Sequence record: NC_041972.1
Strand: one strand, 5' to 3'
Length of the DNA stretch: 64,000 nucleotides
Below are positions 1 to 8,975 of the stretch, piece after piece. Made by a program: the position numbers and the translations under genes. Below the pieces are notes generated by a model. That model searched no databases. It was not told the origin of the DNA and saw nothing but the letters and a program-made list of their open reading frames with translations. Each line of letters begins with the position of its first letter. Position 1 is the first letter of the stretch.

Positions 1-1
1 C

Positions 2-1006
2 AAAGTCTGTGCGGACATGGGTATCGAACGAGGCATAAACTCCTTGTACGATAACTTTGACGCTATCGTAACAAACCTACTTAACTCTCCGGTCGTGCGT
101 GATCAGGTCACGTCACAAGAAGTGCTGCGTCAACGTTCTGATTTGTTTATTAAATACCGTGATCGTTTCTTCTGTGAACACTTACCGATGCCATCCAAGC
201 TGATGTTTGTGGTGGAATCCAATGCAACCGGTCGCTATGCTGCTCCTGAGATGAAACTGGCTCTGGATGCAGCGTTAACCGTCTGTTCAGCAAAACGCCA
301 ACTGCATACGGTGCGGGATGTACGCTTTAATGAAAGCATTGCGATTAAAGTGGTCCGTCAGATCTCGAAGTTCTATGCGACACATGACAGTGACAACTTT
401 GCGGGTAAGTTAGGGTTACTGCGTAAGAACATTGCTGGAGCAAAACATCCGTGGACCGGTCGTTGTGTGATTACCTCGCACACGGGCGACCATGACATGG
501 ATGAAGTGATCCTACCACGTTGTTTGGCGATCCCGATGTTGAAATACCACATCATCAACAAACTGCGTCGTCGGAACTACACCCCAACACAATGCCTCAA
601 ACTGATCCAGGCGGGTATTAAGCAAACCATCCCAGTGATCGATGAGGTGTTAGATGAACTCCTCGCAGAAAGCCCTACAGCGTCGATACGGGTATATGTG
701 CAACGAAACCCAACCCTGCGTTGGTTATCGAACCGCCGGTTCCATTGCCGAACCATCAACCGCGATCCAAATGACATCAGTATCCGTATCAGTACCTTAT
801 CTATCAAATCCTCGAATGCGGACTTTGATGGTGATGAACTGAACGTGATGTTACAGCTGGATAACGTCTCAGCGAACTATGCGGAAGCGTTTGGTTCACA
901 CAACTGTGTGCTGGACATGAACACCCCGCTGAAGATCTCTGGTGACGTGGGTCTGCCGGGTACGTTGATCTCGACCATGAACCGTTGGATGTACAGTAAC
1001 GACTAA
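2..1006 (+). CDS. rpoC: Non-virion RNA polymerase beta' N-terminal/catalytic subunit (phiKZ gp55-like), 5'-truncated by window edge
   Basis: Catalytic motif SSNADFDGDELN preceded by QRNPTL (NRxPTL-like); TGRCVIT motif; frame is open back to position 2, so the start lies upstream; first gene of the conserved phiKZ-like block. Confidence 0.93.
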   Translation, partial: KVCADMGIERGINSLYDNFDAIVTNLLNSPVVRDQVTSQEVLRQRSDLFIKYRDRFFCEHLPMPSKLMFVVESNATGRYAAPEMKLALDAALTVCSAKRQLHTVRDVRFNESIAIKVVRQISKFYATHDSDNFAGKLGLLRKNIAGAKHPWTGRCVITSHTGDHDMDEVILPRCLAIPMLKYHIINKLRRRNYTPTQCLKLIQAGIKQTIPVIDEVLDELLAESPTASIRVYVQRNPTLRWLSNRRFHCRTINRDPNDISIRISTLSIKSSNADFDGDELNVMLQLDNVSANYAEAFGSHNCVLDMNTPLKISGDVGLPGTLISTMNRWMYSND

Positions 1007-1012
1007 ACTTAT

Positions 1013-1034
1013 GGCCAGGGGTAATTCCCTGGCC
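1013..1034 (+). terminator. GC-rich hairpin after nvRNAP beta' gene
   Basis: GGCCAGGG-gtaatt-CCCTGGCC, 8-bp perfect stem right after the stop; followed by TTATTACCG rather than a U-tract. Confidence 0.55.
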
Positions 1035-1057
1035 TTATTACCGACGGGATATTTTTT

Positions 1058-1705
1058 ATGGATAATTTGCTTGAAAGGGGACGGTTTCTTCTTGAGAAAA
1101 CTGCAGCCGCCATGAACCCTTATCCTTACACGATCATTTTCGTCACCACTCCAATGGATTGGGATGCTGTGGTCACCGCCATGCATGCTAATGATCCTGC
1201 AGCAAACATCATTCAACATAAAGGACAGTTCACGACCCGGCGCGATTACCAATATGTCATTTATCGAGATGAACATTGGTATATCGCTGGTGCGAACATG
1301 AGAAGTCTGCCTTACAACCATTACCATACCGGTGCGATGCTCGGTATCGCCATGGATCTGGGGCATGAGATCATTATCGATATCAGCAACCGCATCGGGA
1401 ATGATGCGACTGCGGCTCCGGCAATAACGGCGATCATGCACGATTGGTTTATGGTTAACTGGCGCGAAGCTGTGTGCGTGACCCATGAGAACTACCTGGC
1501 GTTTATTCCGGACGATGATTACTTGTACTTGAGTAACAACAAAAAGATACTCGGACAGGTGATTCGTGCACAAGAACAACTGGGGTCACCCCTGGCATTG
1601 ACGTCGGCGTTACAGCGTGAGTGTCAACGCCTGATGAACACCCAGGTGGTGATCGCACCGACAGGCTGGAACGCCACTACCTACTACAGCGGAGGTGAGG
1701 TATGA
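1058..1705 (+). CDS. Hypothetical protein, paralog 1 of tandem HExxH-like family (motif degenerate)
   Basis: Shares PYP.xIFVT...DWDAVVT, HKGQF and C-terminal L.RE...L.N..VV...G...TTY with the next two ORFs; MDLGH sits at the HExxH position. Confidence 0.75.
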   Translation: MDNLLERGRFLLEKTAAAMNPYPYTIIFVTTPMDWDAVVTAMHANDPAANIIQHKGQFTTRRDYQYVIYRDEHWYIAGANMRSLPYNHYHTGAMLGIAMDLGHEIIIDISNRIGNDATAAPAITAIMHDWFMVNWREAVCVTHENYLAFIPDDDYLYLSNNKKILGQVIRAQEQLGSPLALTSALQRECQRLMNTQVVIAPTGWNATTYYSGGEV

Positions 1706-2373
1706 CGTTCGCTGAAGCTGAACAGTATATTTACAGTCTCAGTCAAGACGGCGGGGTCTATAAACAAGAGTTCATCTTTGTGTTTGATCCCGAGTCGTGG
1801 GATAAGGTGAACAGGGCGTTGGATATCCTGGACAATAACCGCGGGATCTGGGGAAAGAACGTTGGGCAGTTCACAACCGCCGGTATGACGACCTACGGAC
1901 CGGTGTCGGGAAGACTTAAAGGGTATGTTGTTATTGCTGTCCATTTCATGGGTGAACGTAAACTGTTCAATCCAGGGTATCTGCAACATGTGTTGAATAC
2001 GGCGACCCATGAGTTGGTCCACGCTGCTCAGTTCGCTGTTCGGGCGCAGAGCTACCATGATCCGTTAATTGCTGTAGAACCATTGGCTTACCTGACCGGC
2101 TGGTTAATGGAGAAATGGATCTATGCGGTCTGGGAGAAGTTTAAAGTCACGATCGCAGCAACACCGACCGGCGAGATCTCATACAACGTGTTGTTTGACA
2201 TGCTGTATCGGTTTAATGACCGCCGGCTGGCAGATCGTTTGTGTGAACTTACCATGACACAGATTCAAAGCGCTTTAGTTAGGGAGTCGATTAACAGCTT
2301 GAATACCGTGGCAGTGGTAAACGATATCGGTTGGTCATCGACAACGTATCTTGATGGAGTTAACAAGAAATGA
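1702..2373 (+). CDS. Putative zinc metallopeptidase-like protein (HExxH), paralog 2
   Basis: THELVH followed by EPLAYL; ATGA overlap with the upstream gene; shared family motifs. Confidence 0.7.
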   Translation: MTFAEAEQYIYSLSQDGGVYKQEFIFVFDPESWDKVNRALDILDNNRGIWGKNVGQFTTAGMTTYGPVSGRLKGYVVIAVHFMGERKLFNPGYLQHVLNTATHELVHAAQFAVRAQSYHDPLIAVEPLAYLTGWLMEKWIYAVWEKFKVTIAATPTGEISYNVLFDMLYRFNDRRLADRLCELTMTQIQSALVRESINSLNTVAVVNDIGWSSTTYLDGVNKK

Positions 2374-2996
2374 AGATGCCGGTCAGTCAGTATGTAGATA
2401 AGTTTCTATTAAGGCTGTTCCCTTATCCGCGGCAGTTTATCTTTGTCACTAGTGTTGCAGATTTTGATGCGGTGGTTACCGAACTGGCACGTCGGCAGAC
2501 TGCGGCTGGGATTAGCAATAAATGGCTGAGTCACAGAGGGCATTTCAAAGGGAATGGGATTTGTGCTTCGGGGAATCAGATCTGTGTATTAGGTGCGCTT
2601 TATGATACCGGCACGCAGCTCAGCCCAGCTAACATTGCTGGGACGATCGGTACCATGCAACATGAAATCCAACACATGTTACTGCATACCTGTGCACAGA
2701 TTGGTTATAACCCGATGCGCGAACACGAACCGTTTACGTATTTAACGAAGTGGGTGTTTGAGTTGTTCCTGGCGTTTATGCGTAATTACCACGGCGTGAT
2801 GATCACCGATGTGCAGCGGCAAGATACTGGCATGCTGAGTCGGTTGCAGAAGGGAGGGGCTTTTGAGTTACTGCACGCCCTGCCCGTTGAAAATGTTCGA
2901 GATTCATTAGCAAGAGAATCTCGTGCATTATTAAACAACGCGGTGGTCGTCAGTCCTATTGGTGCATCCCGTTCCACAACCTATTTCGAATTATAA
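2370..2996 (+). CDS. Putative zinc metallopeptidase-like protein (HExxH), paralog 3
   Basis: QHEIQH followed by EPFTYL; ATGA overlap; shared family motifs. Confidence 0.7.
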   Translation: MKMPVSQYVDKFLLRLFPYPRQFIFVTSVADFDAVVTELARRQTAAGISNKWLSHRGHFKGNGICASGNQICVLGALYDTGTQLSPANIAGTIGTMQHEIQHMLLHTCAQIGYNPMREHEPFTYLTKWVFELFLAFMRNYHGVMITDVQRQDTGMLSRLQKGGAFELLHALPVENVRDSLARESRALLNNAVVVSPIGASRSTTYFEL

Positions 2997-3045
2997 TTAA
3001 CCCGGCCAGGTTTCCCTGGTCGTTATGCTAATTAAGGAGGTAAGT

Positions 3046-3621
3046 ATGGGTCACTATTTTGGTAATGCCGTTCGTATTACGTTGAAAAAAGAAGCGCCTG
3101 AGCACCTGCATCAGCTCGTGCGTAAGTTTGAGGATGAACGCGATTTCATTACAGCGTTACAGGAACTTCATTTACCAGCATTGCCACTTGATGTAGAAGA
3201 CACGGATAATCTAAGCAGTGTTTTCATGGTCAATGGTTTTCCGTATGATGCGTTCGAGTACAGTAAACTCGAGGAACTCCCTGAAGGGCTTTTATGCGAA
3301 GTGCGTGGATCTTCAAGACGACACTGCGTTGATGAAGTGCTGGTTATGTTACTGACGTTTGGCGGGCATCTGTTGCTGCAGGAAGGAGATGTGGTATTCC
3401 GCACCATCTACGAAGACGGTGGTAGTGAGACTATAATTTATTTTGACGGCAATCGGTTGGTAACCGGCACTGGGTGTAAATACCACGAAGATGATTACAA
3501 CGACAAACATCCAGCCAACCCCCAAGGCGCGATGTGTTACAGTCCGCCGTGGACAATGGCTGGTATTAAAAGTCACAACTGGCAAGATGAAATGTCGCGC
3601 AAAGAATACCGTGGCATGTAG
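3046..3621 (+). CDS. Hypothetical protein
   Basis: Strong RBS AAGGAGG before ATG 3046, preferred over the track start 3025. Confidence 0.75.
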   Translation: MGHYFGNAVRITLKKEAPEHLHQLVRKFEDERDFITALQELHLPALPLDVEDTDNLSSVFMVNGFPYDAFEYSKLEELPEGLLCEVRGSSRRHCVDEVLVMLLTFGGHLLLQEGDVVFRTIYEDGGSETIIYFDGNRLVTGTGCKYHEDDYNDKHPANPQGAMCYSPPWTMAGIKSHNWQDEMSRKEYRGM

Positions 3622-3686
3622 TTTTAATTAATTTAACCTGACGTACAACACAGCAAACAATAACACAAATTAATTGAGGGTAGTTT

Positions 3687-4388
3687 ATGAACGGTATGAA
3701 GATGATGATTGGTTCCCTGCCACTGAGCAGCATGATGGGTGGTAGTCGTTCAGACGCAGGGACTTTCAATCCTGCACCGCACGCTGCCCCTTTCCGCGCA
3801 GTTGGTGAGTACATCGCGGATGCAGCGTTTGAAGATCGTGGGGTATTGGTTTCTGCAGACGGGATCGTTGCTACTGTCCGAGCCAAAAAGATGACCTTCC
3901 AGGAAGCCGCAGATGCCCGCGGTGCAGCCACCGGACTGTATGCCATTATGTTCCCAGTCACTAACGGGGCGAAAGACGATACTGTCGTGATCACCACTAC
4001 CAGTCAGGCTGTGTTGTTTAACTTACTGGCAGTTGAAGATCTCCCTGATGAACTGTTTGTGCAGTTTGGTCTGGCAACGACTGCCGCTACAGTGAAAGCC
4101 ATGACCAATGACAGCAACGACCATATCCGGGTACTGGCCAATGCCGGCGGTATCGCCCCAAGCAATACTTCTCCGTCCCATTTGATTGTGGATAAGCAGC
4201 GCAATCTGATCATTGGTCATATTGTAAAAGAAGGTGATGATCAAGCAGACTTCAGTATCTTCGCCGCCTCACGTAAATCCAAATCATCACAGGACTACAT
4301 TATCAACGTGAGTACCGATGATAGTGATATCATCAAGCATATCGTCCAGGCTACAGTGGAAGAGATTGCACTGGGAGACGCTGTCTAG
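3687..4388 (+). CDS. Hypothetical protein
   Basis: 233-aa ORF with GAGGG RBS after an AT-rich intergenic region. Confidence 0.75.
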   Translation: MNGMKMMIGSLPLSSMMGGSRSDAGTFNPAPHAAPFRAVGEYIADAAFEDRGVLVSADGIVATVRAKKMTFQEAADARGAATGLYAIMFPVTNGAKDDTVVITTTSQAVLFNLLAVEDLPDELFVQFGLATTAATVKAMTNDSNDHIRVLANAGGIAPSNTSPSHLIVDKQRNLIIGHIVKEGDDQADFSIFAASRKSKSSQDYIINVSTDDSDIIKHIVQATVEEIALGDAV

Positions 4389-4445
4389 TCTGTAATTGCA
4401 GACAAAACCGGCGGATGATATAGCACCAGAAATTAAGAGGTAACT

Positions 4446-5258
4446 ATGGTGGTAAGAGGTCAAGGCGGTATTGAGAAGGGACACAAATACGGTCGTCTTA
4501 CTGCCGTACGTTTTATAGGTAAAAATAAAAATTACATGGCTAACTGGGAGTGGTTATGTGATTGCGGTAAGACTATTCAGGTCTATGCCGGGGATGTTAA
4601 ATGCGGGCACACTACATCTTGCGGGTGTTATGTTAGAGAAATGATGGCTGATAAACAAACCACTCATGGCTTAAGCAAGACTCGGGAATACAAGATATGG
4701 GCAGGGATGATAAAACGCTGCACGAATGCTAATGTCGAAAACTATCACCTGTACGGCGGTAGGGGTATTAAGGTTTGTGAGAAGTGGGCTTCTTCATTTG
4801 AAGAGTTTCATAAGGACATGGGTTTTGCACCGAGCAAACAACACAGCATCGAGCGTATCGATGGTGATGGTAATTACGAACCTGGTAATTGTAAGTGGGC
4901 AACGAGTGCAGAACAAAGTGCTAACCGTAATAATAACCGCTGGGTTGAATATAAAGGCGAGCAGAGATTACTCTGTCATGTTGTCGCTGAAATAGATACC
5001 CATGCAACAACTGTTTATTATTGGATGGATAAGGGGCTCACGGCTGATGAAATAGAAACCGTTGTAAACAGCACCCTTAAGAAAGGATTCAGGTTCTATG
5101 CACCTAGTGTAACTCATGTTGTCCTAAAGGCAACTGATTCATTAGCAGCAGTAATGGGAAAAGACTTTCATGTTGTTGTGAACAGCAGTCATGATCAACA
5201 CGGTAACGTAGTGTCTAAAGTCGTTCACGGGCATGTCAGGAAAATTAACCAGGAGTAG
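4446..5258 (+). mobile_element. Free-standing HNH homing endonuclease gene with C-terminal extension
   Basis: KYGRLT..., WLCDCG, TTSCGC, THGLSKTREYKIW..MIKRC, YGGRGIKVCEKW, SIERIDGDGNYEPGNCKWAT..EQ..NR: classic phage HNH architecture; visibly more AT-rich than its flanks. Confidence 0.9.
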
Positions 5259-5262
5259 AGTA

Positions 5263-5910
5263 ATGAGTGTAATGACCGGTGGATTTGGTGCTATTAACGC
5301 GTTAATGTCGAACGGCAGACCGACGCAAGGAGCACTTGAGTATTTTAACAATCAGTATCAGGGCATGCTGCAAGCAGCGCAGCAAGTGGGTAGTGTAGCG
5401 ATGCAGCAGATCTATCAGATCGCAACACACACCTATGAAAACCTGATGCAGACCCGTCCGTGGGAACTGGCAGAAGCAGCGTTGCGTCAAACAGTGCACA
5501 TGTTTGACCCGAACACGGTTCGTCAGCTTCTCAACCTGGCTGATATGCAAACCGCCAAACCGATCATGCAGCGGTGGGTGATGGCGCAACCGGATATCCG
5601 TCAGATGTATCATCAGCAGCGTATCGATGGTTACAGCGAAACGTATGAAGATGCCCAACCAGGGATGGTAGGTGCAGACCATTATGATTATCGTCGTGCA
5701 GCAAACGGCATGTTGCAGTTTGCACACACTGAAGAGGTGCCGATGGCGTCTTGGCAGGCGACGACCTATTATGAGCGTCTGGTAGAAGGTGATAACGAAC
5801 TGTCGTTCCATGAGAAGCGTGACATCCATGTAACCTGGGATGCGTGTCTGAATCTGATGAACACACAGGCGTATGATCCGACCTCCATCTTCAACATGAA
5901 GCTGGCGTAA
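5263..5910 (+). CDS. Conserved phiKZ-like hypothetical protein
   Basis: RBS AGGAG at 5251 before ATG 5263; codon usage like the core genes; core-block position. Confidence 0.75.
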   Translation: MSVMTGGFGAINALMSNGRPTQGALEYFNNQYQGMLQAAQQVGSVAMQQIYQIATHTYENLMQTRPWELAEAALRQTVHMFDPNTVRQLLNLADMQTAKPIMQRWVMAQPDIRQMYHQQRIDGYSETYEDAQPGMVGADHYDYRRAANGMLQFAHTEEVPMASWQATTYYERLVEGDNELSFHEKRDIHVTWDACLNLMNTQAYDPTSIFNMKLA

Positions 5911-5918
5911 GTTAATCG

Positions 5919-5946
5919 GAGGAGGGGTAGCCCTCCTCTTATGCCG
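5919..5946 (+). terminator. Hairpin + TTATGCCG element
   Basis: GAGGAGGG-gtag-CCCTCCTC followed by TTATGCCG. Confidence 0.6.
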
Positions 5947-5958
5947 TTTGAGGGTAGC

Positions 5959-6183
5959 ATGGCAAAAAAGGAACTCACGATGAAGCGACTTCAGATAGAC
6001 ATCTCTGAACAGGGCTTTAGCAAACTCAATGCACTCAAGGTGAAAATGGAAACCACTGCCATGGGTAGCGTTGTCAGCCGCGCCTTATCGATTACCGATC
6101 GTTTGTTCACCGCCAAGGAGAAAGGCAGTAAGATCCTGATCGTGGATAAAGATGGTAATGTCACCGAAATCGAATTACTGTAG
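5959..6183 (+). CDS. Small ribbon-helix-helix-like DNA-binding protein
   Basis: MKRLQIDIS (beta strand) - EQGFSKLNALKVK (helix) - MGSVVSRAL (helix) pattern, then KGSKILIVDKDG; start is 5959 or 5980. Confidence 0.6.
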   Translation: MAKKELTMKRLQIDISEQGFSKLNALKVKMETTAMGSVVSRALSITDRLFTAKEKGSKILIVDKDGNVTEIELL

Positions 6184-6191
6184 AGGTTAAC

Positions 6192-6419
6192 ATGGCTTGG
6201 TCCAAACGCCGTGCAAAGAAACGCATCATTCACTTACGTGGTTTTCATTATCGTGTTCAATCACGTAGTATCGCAATCTGGGAACAGTATCGCGAATATC
6301 ATCAAAATCGACCATTTGGATCTGGCGTTGGTTTATTGATGTTACTTGACCCTGAAACTGGTTGTCCAATAGGAGCTCATCGTGGCCTTAAGCAAAACAA
6401 AAATAAAGCGTCGTACTAA
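6192..6419 (+). CDS. Small basic hypothetical protein
   Basis: RBS GAGGT; Lys/Arg-rich N-terminus. Confidence 0.55.
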   Translation: MAWSKRRAKKRIIHLRGFHYRVQSRSIAIWEQYREYHQNRPFGSGVGLLMLLDPETGCPIGAHRGLKQNKNKASY

Positions 6420-6666
6420 TGCGCTGTATAACTACAAAACGCTGGTTGAACGCATTAGCTATAAATGCATGATAGCCCACATCGATGCTCAGGGTATCAA
6501 GCTTGAATTGAACCGCACGGGTTCGTCAATTAAAAGTGAAGACATTCCTGCTGCAAAAGAAGCCCGTCTTGCATTGAAACGCGAAATCGTCCGTCTGCGG
6601 AATATCCAGGGGCGTCGTCGTATCGTGAATGCCGGTAAGATCAAAGCGGCAATCAGCCAGTATTAA
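6382..6666 (+). CDS. Small basic hypothetical protein
   Basis: AGGAG RBS 6 nt before GTG start; ends just before a terminator. Confidence 0.6.
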   Translation: MALSKTKIKRRTNALYNYKTLVERISYKCMIAHIDAQGIKLELNRTGSSIKSEDIPAAKEARLALKREIVRLRNIQGRRRIVNAGKIKAAISQY

Positions 6667-6669
6667 TAG

Positions 6670-6698
6670 AAGGGACTTCGGTCCCTTTATTTTTTTTT
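6670..6698 (+). terminator. Rho-independent terminator
   Basis: AAGGGAC-ttcg-GTCCCTT followed by a long T-tract. Confidence 0.85.
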
Positions 6699-6726
6699 GT
6701 CTTGAATAATGAAATTTTTACGCTGT

Positions 6727-6760
6727 AGAAAATCTTAGACCTATATAACGGCACTGATAG
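6727..6760 (+). promoter_or_regulatory. Putative phage early promoter (copy A)
   Basis: AGAAAATCTTAGACCTATATAAC-N5-TGATAG; near-identical copies at 7333, 29649 and 37304. Confidence 0.65.
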
Positions 6761-6789
6761 AGTAATCTAAATTAACTTACGAGGTTATC

Positions 6790-7320
6790 ATGAAAAACAC
6801 TACTTTTCTAATTGAGACCCTGAAACGTACCTTGGAAGAGCTGGACCAGGCAACGTTATCAACTGAAGAAAAAATTGAATTAACCACCATGGTTGAGAAA
6901 GAACATTTTGCTAAGCTGTTCGGTGTCCGCGCAGAAGAAACCACTCAGTTAAGTGAGCGCGATTTCTCTAAACTGACCGGTTATCAGTACAACAGTGTTT
7001 ACGCGGGGTTAGATTTGGTTGGTAATTTTGACTGGGTGATCACGGCGGATGGCGCAGTCGTAACAAGAGAAATGCCTCATCACGGCAGTAACCATTGGTT
7101 GCCACCGCACAGGCAATTTATATTCAGACTGATCGATGAAGGTCGTGAAATATTTAATGAAGGCACTAGACTGCTTGTTATCAGAATTGAGAACACCATC
7201 ACCAAAGAGGTCTTTTCAATTAACTTTGAAGTTGCTGATATTCAAATCGGCAGTGCGGTTGTTAAAATGGTTGAGCGTTATCTGTTCGATTATTACAGGG
7301 TCAGCGTCAAGAAACTGTAA
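6790..7320 (+). CDS. Hypothetical early protein
   Basis: GAGGT RBS; directly downstream of promoter copy A. Confidence 0.75.
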   Translation: MKNTTFLIETLKRTLEELDQATLSTEEKIELTTMVEKEHFAKLFGVRAEETTQLSERDFSKLTGYQYNSVYAGLDLVGNFDWVITADGAVVTREMPHHGSNHWLPPHRQFIFRLIDEGREIFNEGTRLLVIRIENTITKEVFSINFEVADIQIGSAVVKMVERYLFDYYRVSVKKL

Positions 7321-7332
7321 AATATGAGTTGC

Positions 7333-7366
7333 AGAAAATCTCAGACCTATATGACTGGGGTGATAA
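7333..7366 (+). promoter_or_regulatory. Putative phage early promoter (copy B)
   Basis: AGAAAATCTCAGACCTATATGAC-N5-TGATAA. Confidence 0.65.
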
Positions 7367-7423
7367 AGAGTAGTGAATACTCTTAACCCCTAACCCAATT
7401 AACCTTAAGTATGGAGTAGTATC

Positions 7424-7714
7424 ATGACTGTAACTTTCTCTCAGCAAATGCAGGTTGTCGAATCTATCGCTGTGATGCAGGAAAAAGCAATGGAACTGCA
7501 AGTTGCTACCAAAGCGTGTTACGACGAAGTCACCCGTCTGGCCAACCGACTGGCTGACATCAACGATCCACTCGGCTTTCAGAAAGCCTATGAAGAATAT
7601 CGTGCCAAGCTGGCTGAAGCGGATGTATTAGCCGATGCTACTCGCCTGGCTTACAATATGTCAGACGCTGCACTGAAAACTATCCTGGGTGAAGCTAACC
7701 CAACCTTTCATTAA
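7424..7714 (+). CDS. Hypothetical early helical protein
   Basis: GGAG RBS; Ala/Glu-rich helical sequence. Confidence 0.75.
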   Translation: MTVTFSQQMQVVESIAVMQEKAMELQVATKACYDEVTRLANRLADINDPLGFQKAYEEYRAKLAEADVLADATRLAYNMSDAALKTILGEANPTFH

Positions 7715-7753
7715 TAGTTAATTACTCATCGTCATTACGCCCCGGAGAAACTC

Positions 7754-7963
7754 ATGAGCGATTTTATTAGCAACCTGTTCGAAATCGCTATTGCAGTTTC
7801 TTCTGTAGTGGCGATGGTTAAATTGATTAAATCTGATAATGCCTATATTGCAGAAACAGTTCGTATCATCGATGCCTGCGCTTCTTTACAGGAAGGGCAA
7901 GTAATTCAGGGCGAAGTGGTTAACACCAACACCCAGACAACCAACTTATACATCACCCATTAA
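7754..7963 (+). CDS. Small protein with N-terminal hydrophobic anchor
   Basis: GGAG RBS; LFEIAIAVSSVVAMVKLI segment. Confidence 0.6.
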   Translation: MSDFISNLFEIAIAVSSVVAMVKLIKSDNAYIAETVRIIDACASLQEGQVIQGEVVNTNTQTTNLYITH

Positions 7964-7985
7964 TCTACTTGTAAGGAATACACCC

Positions 7986-8447
7986 ATGTCAAACTCTATG
8001 TTCATCTGCCTGTCACTGTTAGCGGTTATCTCTGTCTCTGGTGGTATCGCCTTTGCCAAGAGCCTGTCACCGACCCATGCCATGATGACCGCCTTTGCTT
8101 ACTTACGTGAGCAACTCGGCGATGACGCAGCACAGTACGAATACGATAAACGCTCACACCTTCTTTGCATGACAAACCTGGTGGAAACTAACTATGCCCT
8201 GGTCTGCGGTAAGCACTTTGAACGCGCAGAACAAAAACGTGCATGGTTAGTTAAGGAAGCAGAAGAGATCCAGCTCACCCCGCGTCAACAACTGATGCTG
8301 CTGGACTCCTTACTGAACCTGAACACCCGTCCTGAACAAGCAAAGAAAATTGTTAAAGTACGTTCAACCAAAGAGATCGTTGACTTGGCTGCGAAGTATG
8401 CGAGCGACAACCGTCGTATCGAAGCTCCGCTGGCCTTGTTCCGCTAA
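7986..8447 (+). CDS. Protein with N-terminal signal/anchor sequence
   Basis: AAGGA RBS; MFICLSLLAVISVSGGIAFA N-terminus. Confidence 0.7.
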   Translation: MSNSMFICLSLLAVISVSGGIAFAKSLSPTHAMMTAFAYLREQLGDDAAQYEYDKRSHLLCMTNLVETNYALVCGKHFERAEQKRAWLVKEAEEIQLTPRQQLMLLDSLLNLNTRPEQAKKIVKVRSTKEIVDLAAKYASDNRRIEAPLALFR

Positions 8448-8481
8448 TGTAAGCTGTAGTGTATTGGTCACCTCATGACCG

Positions 8482-8514
8482 GAGCTCACCCTAACCGGTG
8501 GGCTCTTTTTTTTT
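8482..8514 (+). terminator. Rho-independent terminator
   Basis: GAGCTCACC...GGTGGGCTC stem followed by T9. Confidence 0.8.
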
Positions 8515-8540
8515 GTCTTCTTTTTTTTGTTCGGGGATTA

Positions 8541-8544
8541 TATG
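8541..8544 (+). promoter_or_regulatory. Candidate late-promoter TATG core
   Basis: TTATATGTAG in AT-rich context upstream of a core gene; phiKZ late promoters carry a TATG consensus; a 4-mer is weak evidence. Confidence 0.3.
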
Positions 8545-8570
8545 TAGTCCATATTAGCTAAGAGGACATT

Positions 8571-8975
8571 ATGGCAGAGCGTGTAGTTCCAACCATGTCC
8601 GTAACCGGGTACGTAACCGGCGTGACTGAAACCATTGACCGGATGTTTGCCTACTGGCTGACCGCACAATACTCTCAAACGTATCTTGCTCGCGGTAACA
8701 TTCACTCCCTTCAATATTTGATCCAGCAGTATGACGGTAACCCAGAACGTCTGTGTGATGCGGTGGTGAAAGACCTCAAGAACTATTTTACGGGTCCGTT
8801 TGATGCCGCCACGGTTACCTGTAATCCACGTTATGCGACCAGTGAGCGTGATGAGAAGTTCTATATGCTGGAGATCGATATCAAAGTTTCTAATGGCGAT
8901 ATCGGTTATGATGTTGGTCGCCGTCTGCTAGAGATTGAAGACGGTATCTTTAAACGCATTGTAGGTACTCTGTAA
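8571..8975 (+). CDS. Conserved phiKZ-like core protein (possibly gp25-like baseplate fold)
   Basis: PTMS..GYV...IDRMFAYW...YSQT...G.I.SLQYLI pattern recalled from phiKZ-like core genes; fold assignment tentative. Confidence 0.6.
   Translation: MAERVVPTMSVTGYVTGVTETIDRMFAYWLTAQYSQTYLARGNIHSLQYLIQQYDGNPERLCDAVVKDLKNYFTGPFDAATVTCNPRYATSERDEKFYMLEIDIKVSNGDIGYDVGRRLLEIEDGIFKRIVGTL

Noticed and set aside
896-1579. 227-aa antisense ORF
   Set aside because: Fully overlaps two well-supported plus-strand genes and a terminator; no motif or RBS.
4396-4424. Host sigma70 promoter for the HNH gene (TTGCAG-17-TATAGC)
   Set aside because: The -10 element lacks the conserved final T; the match is too weak to support.
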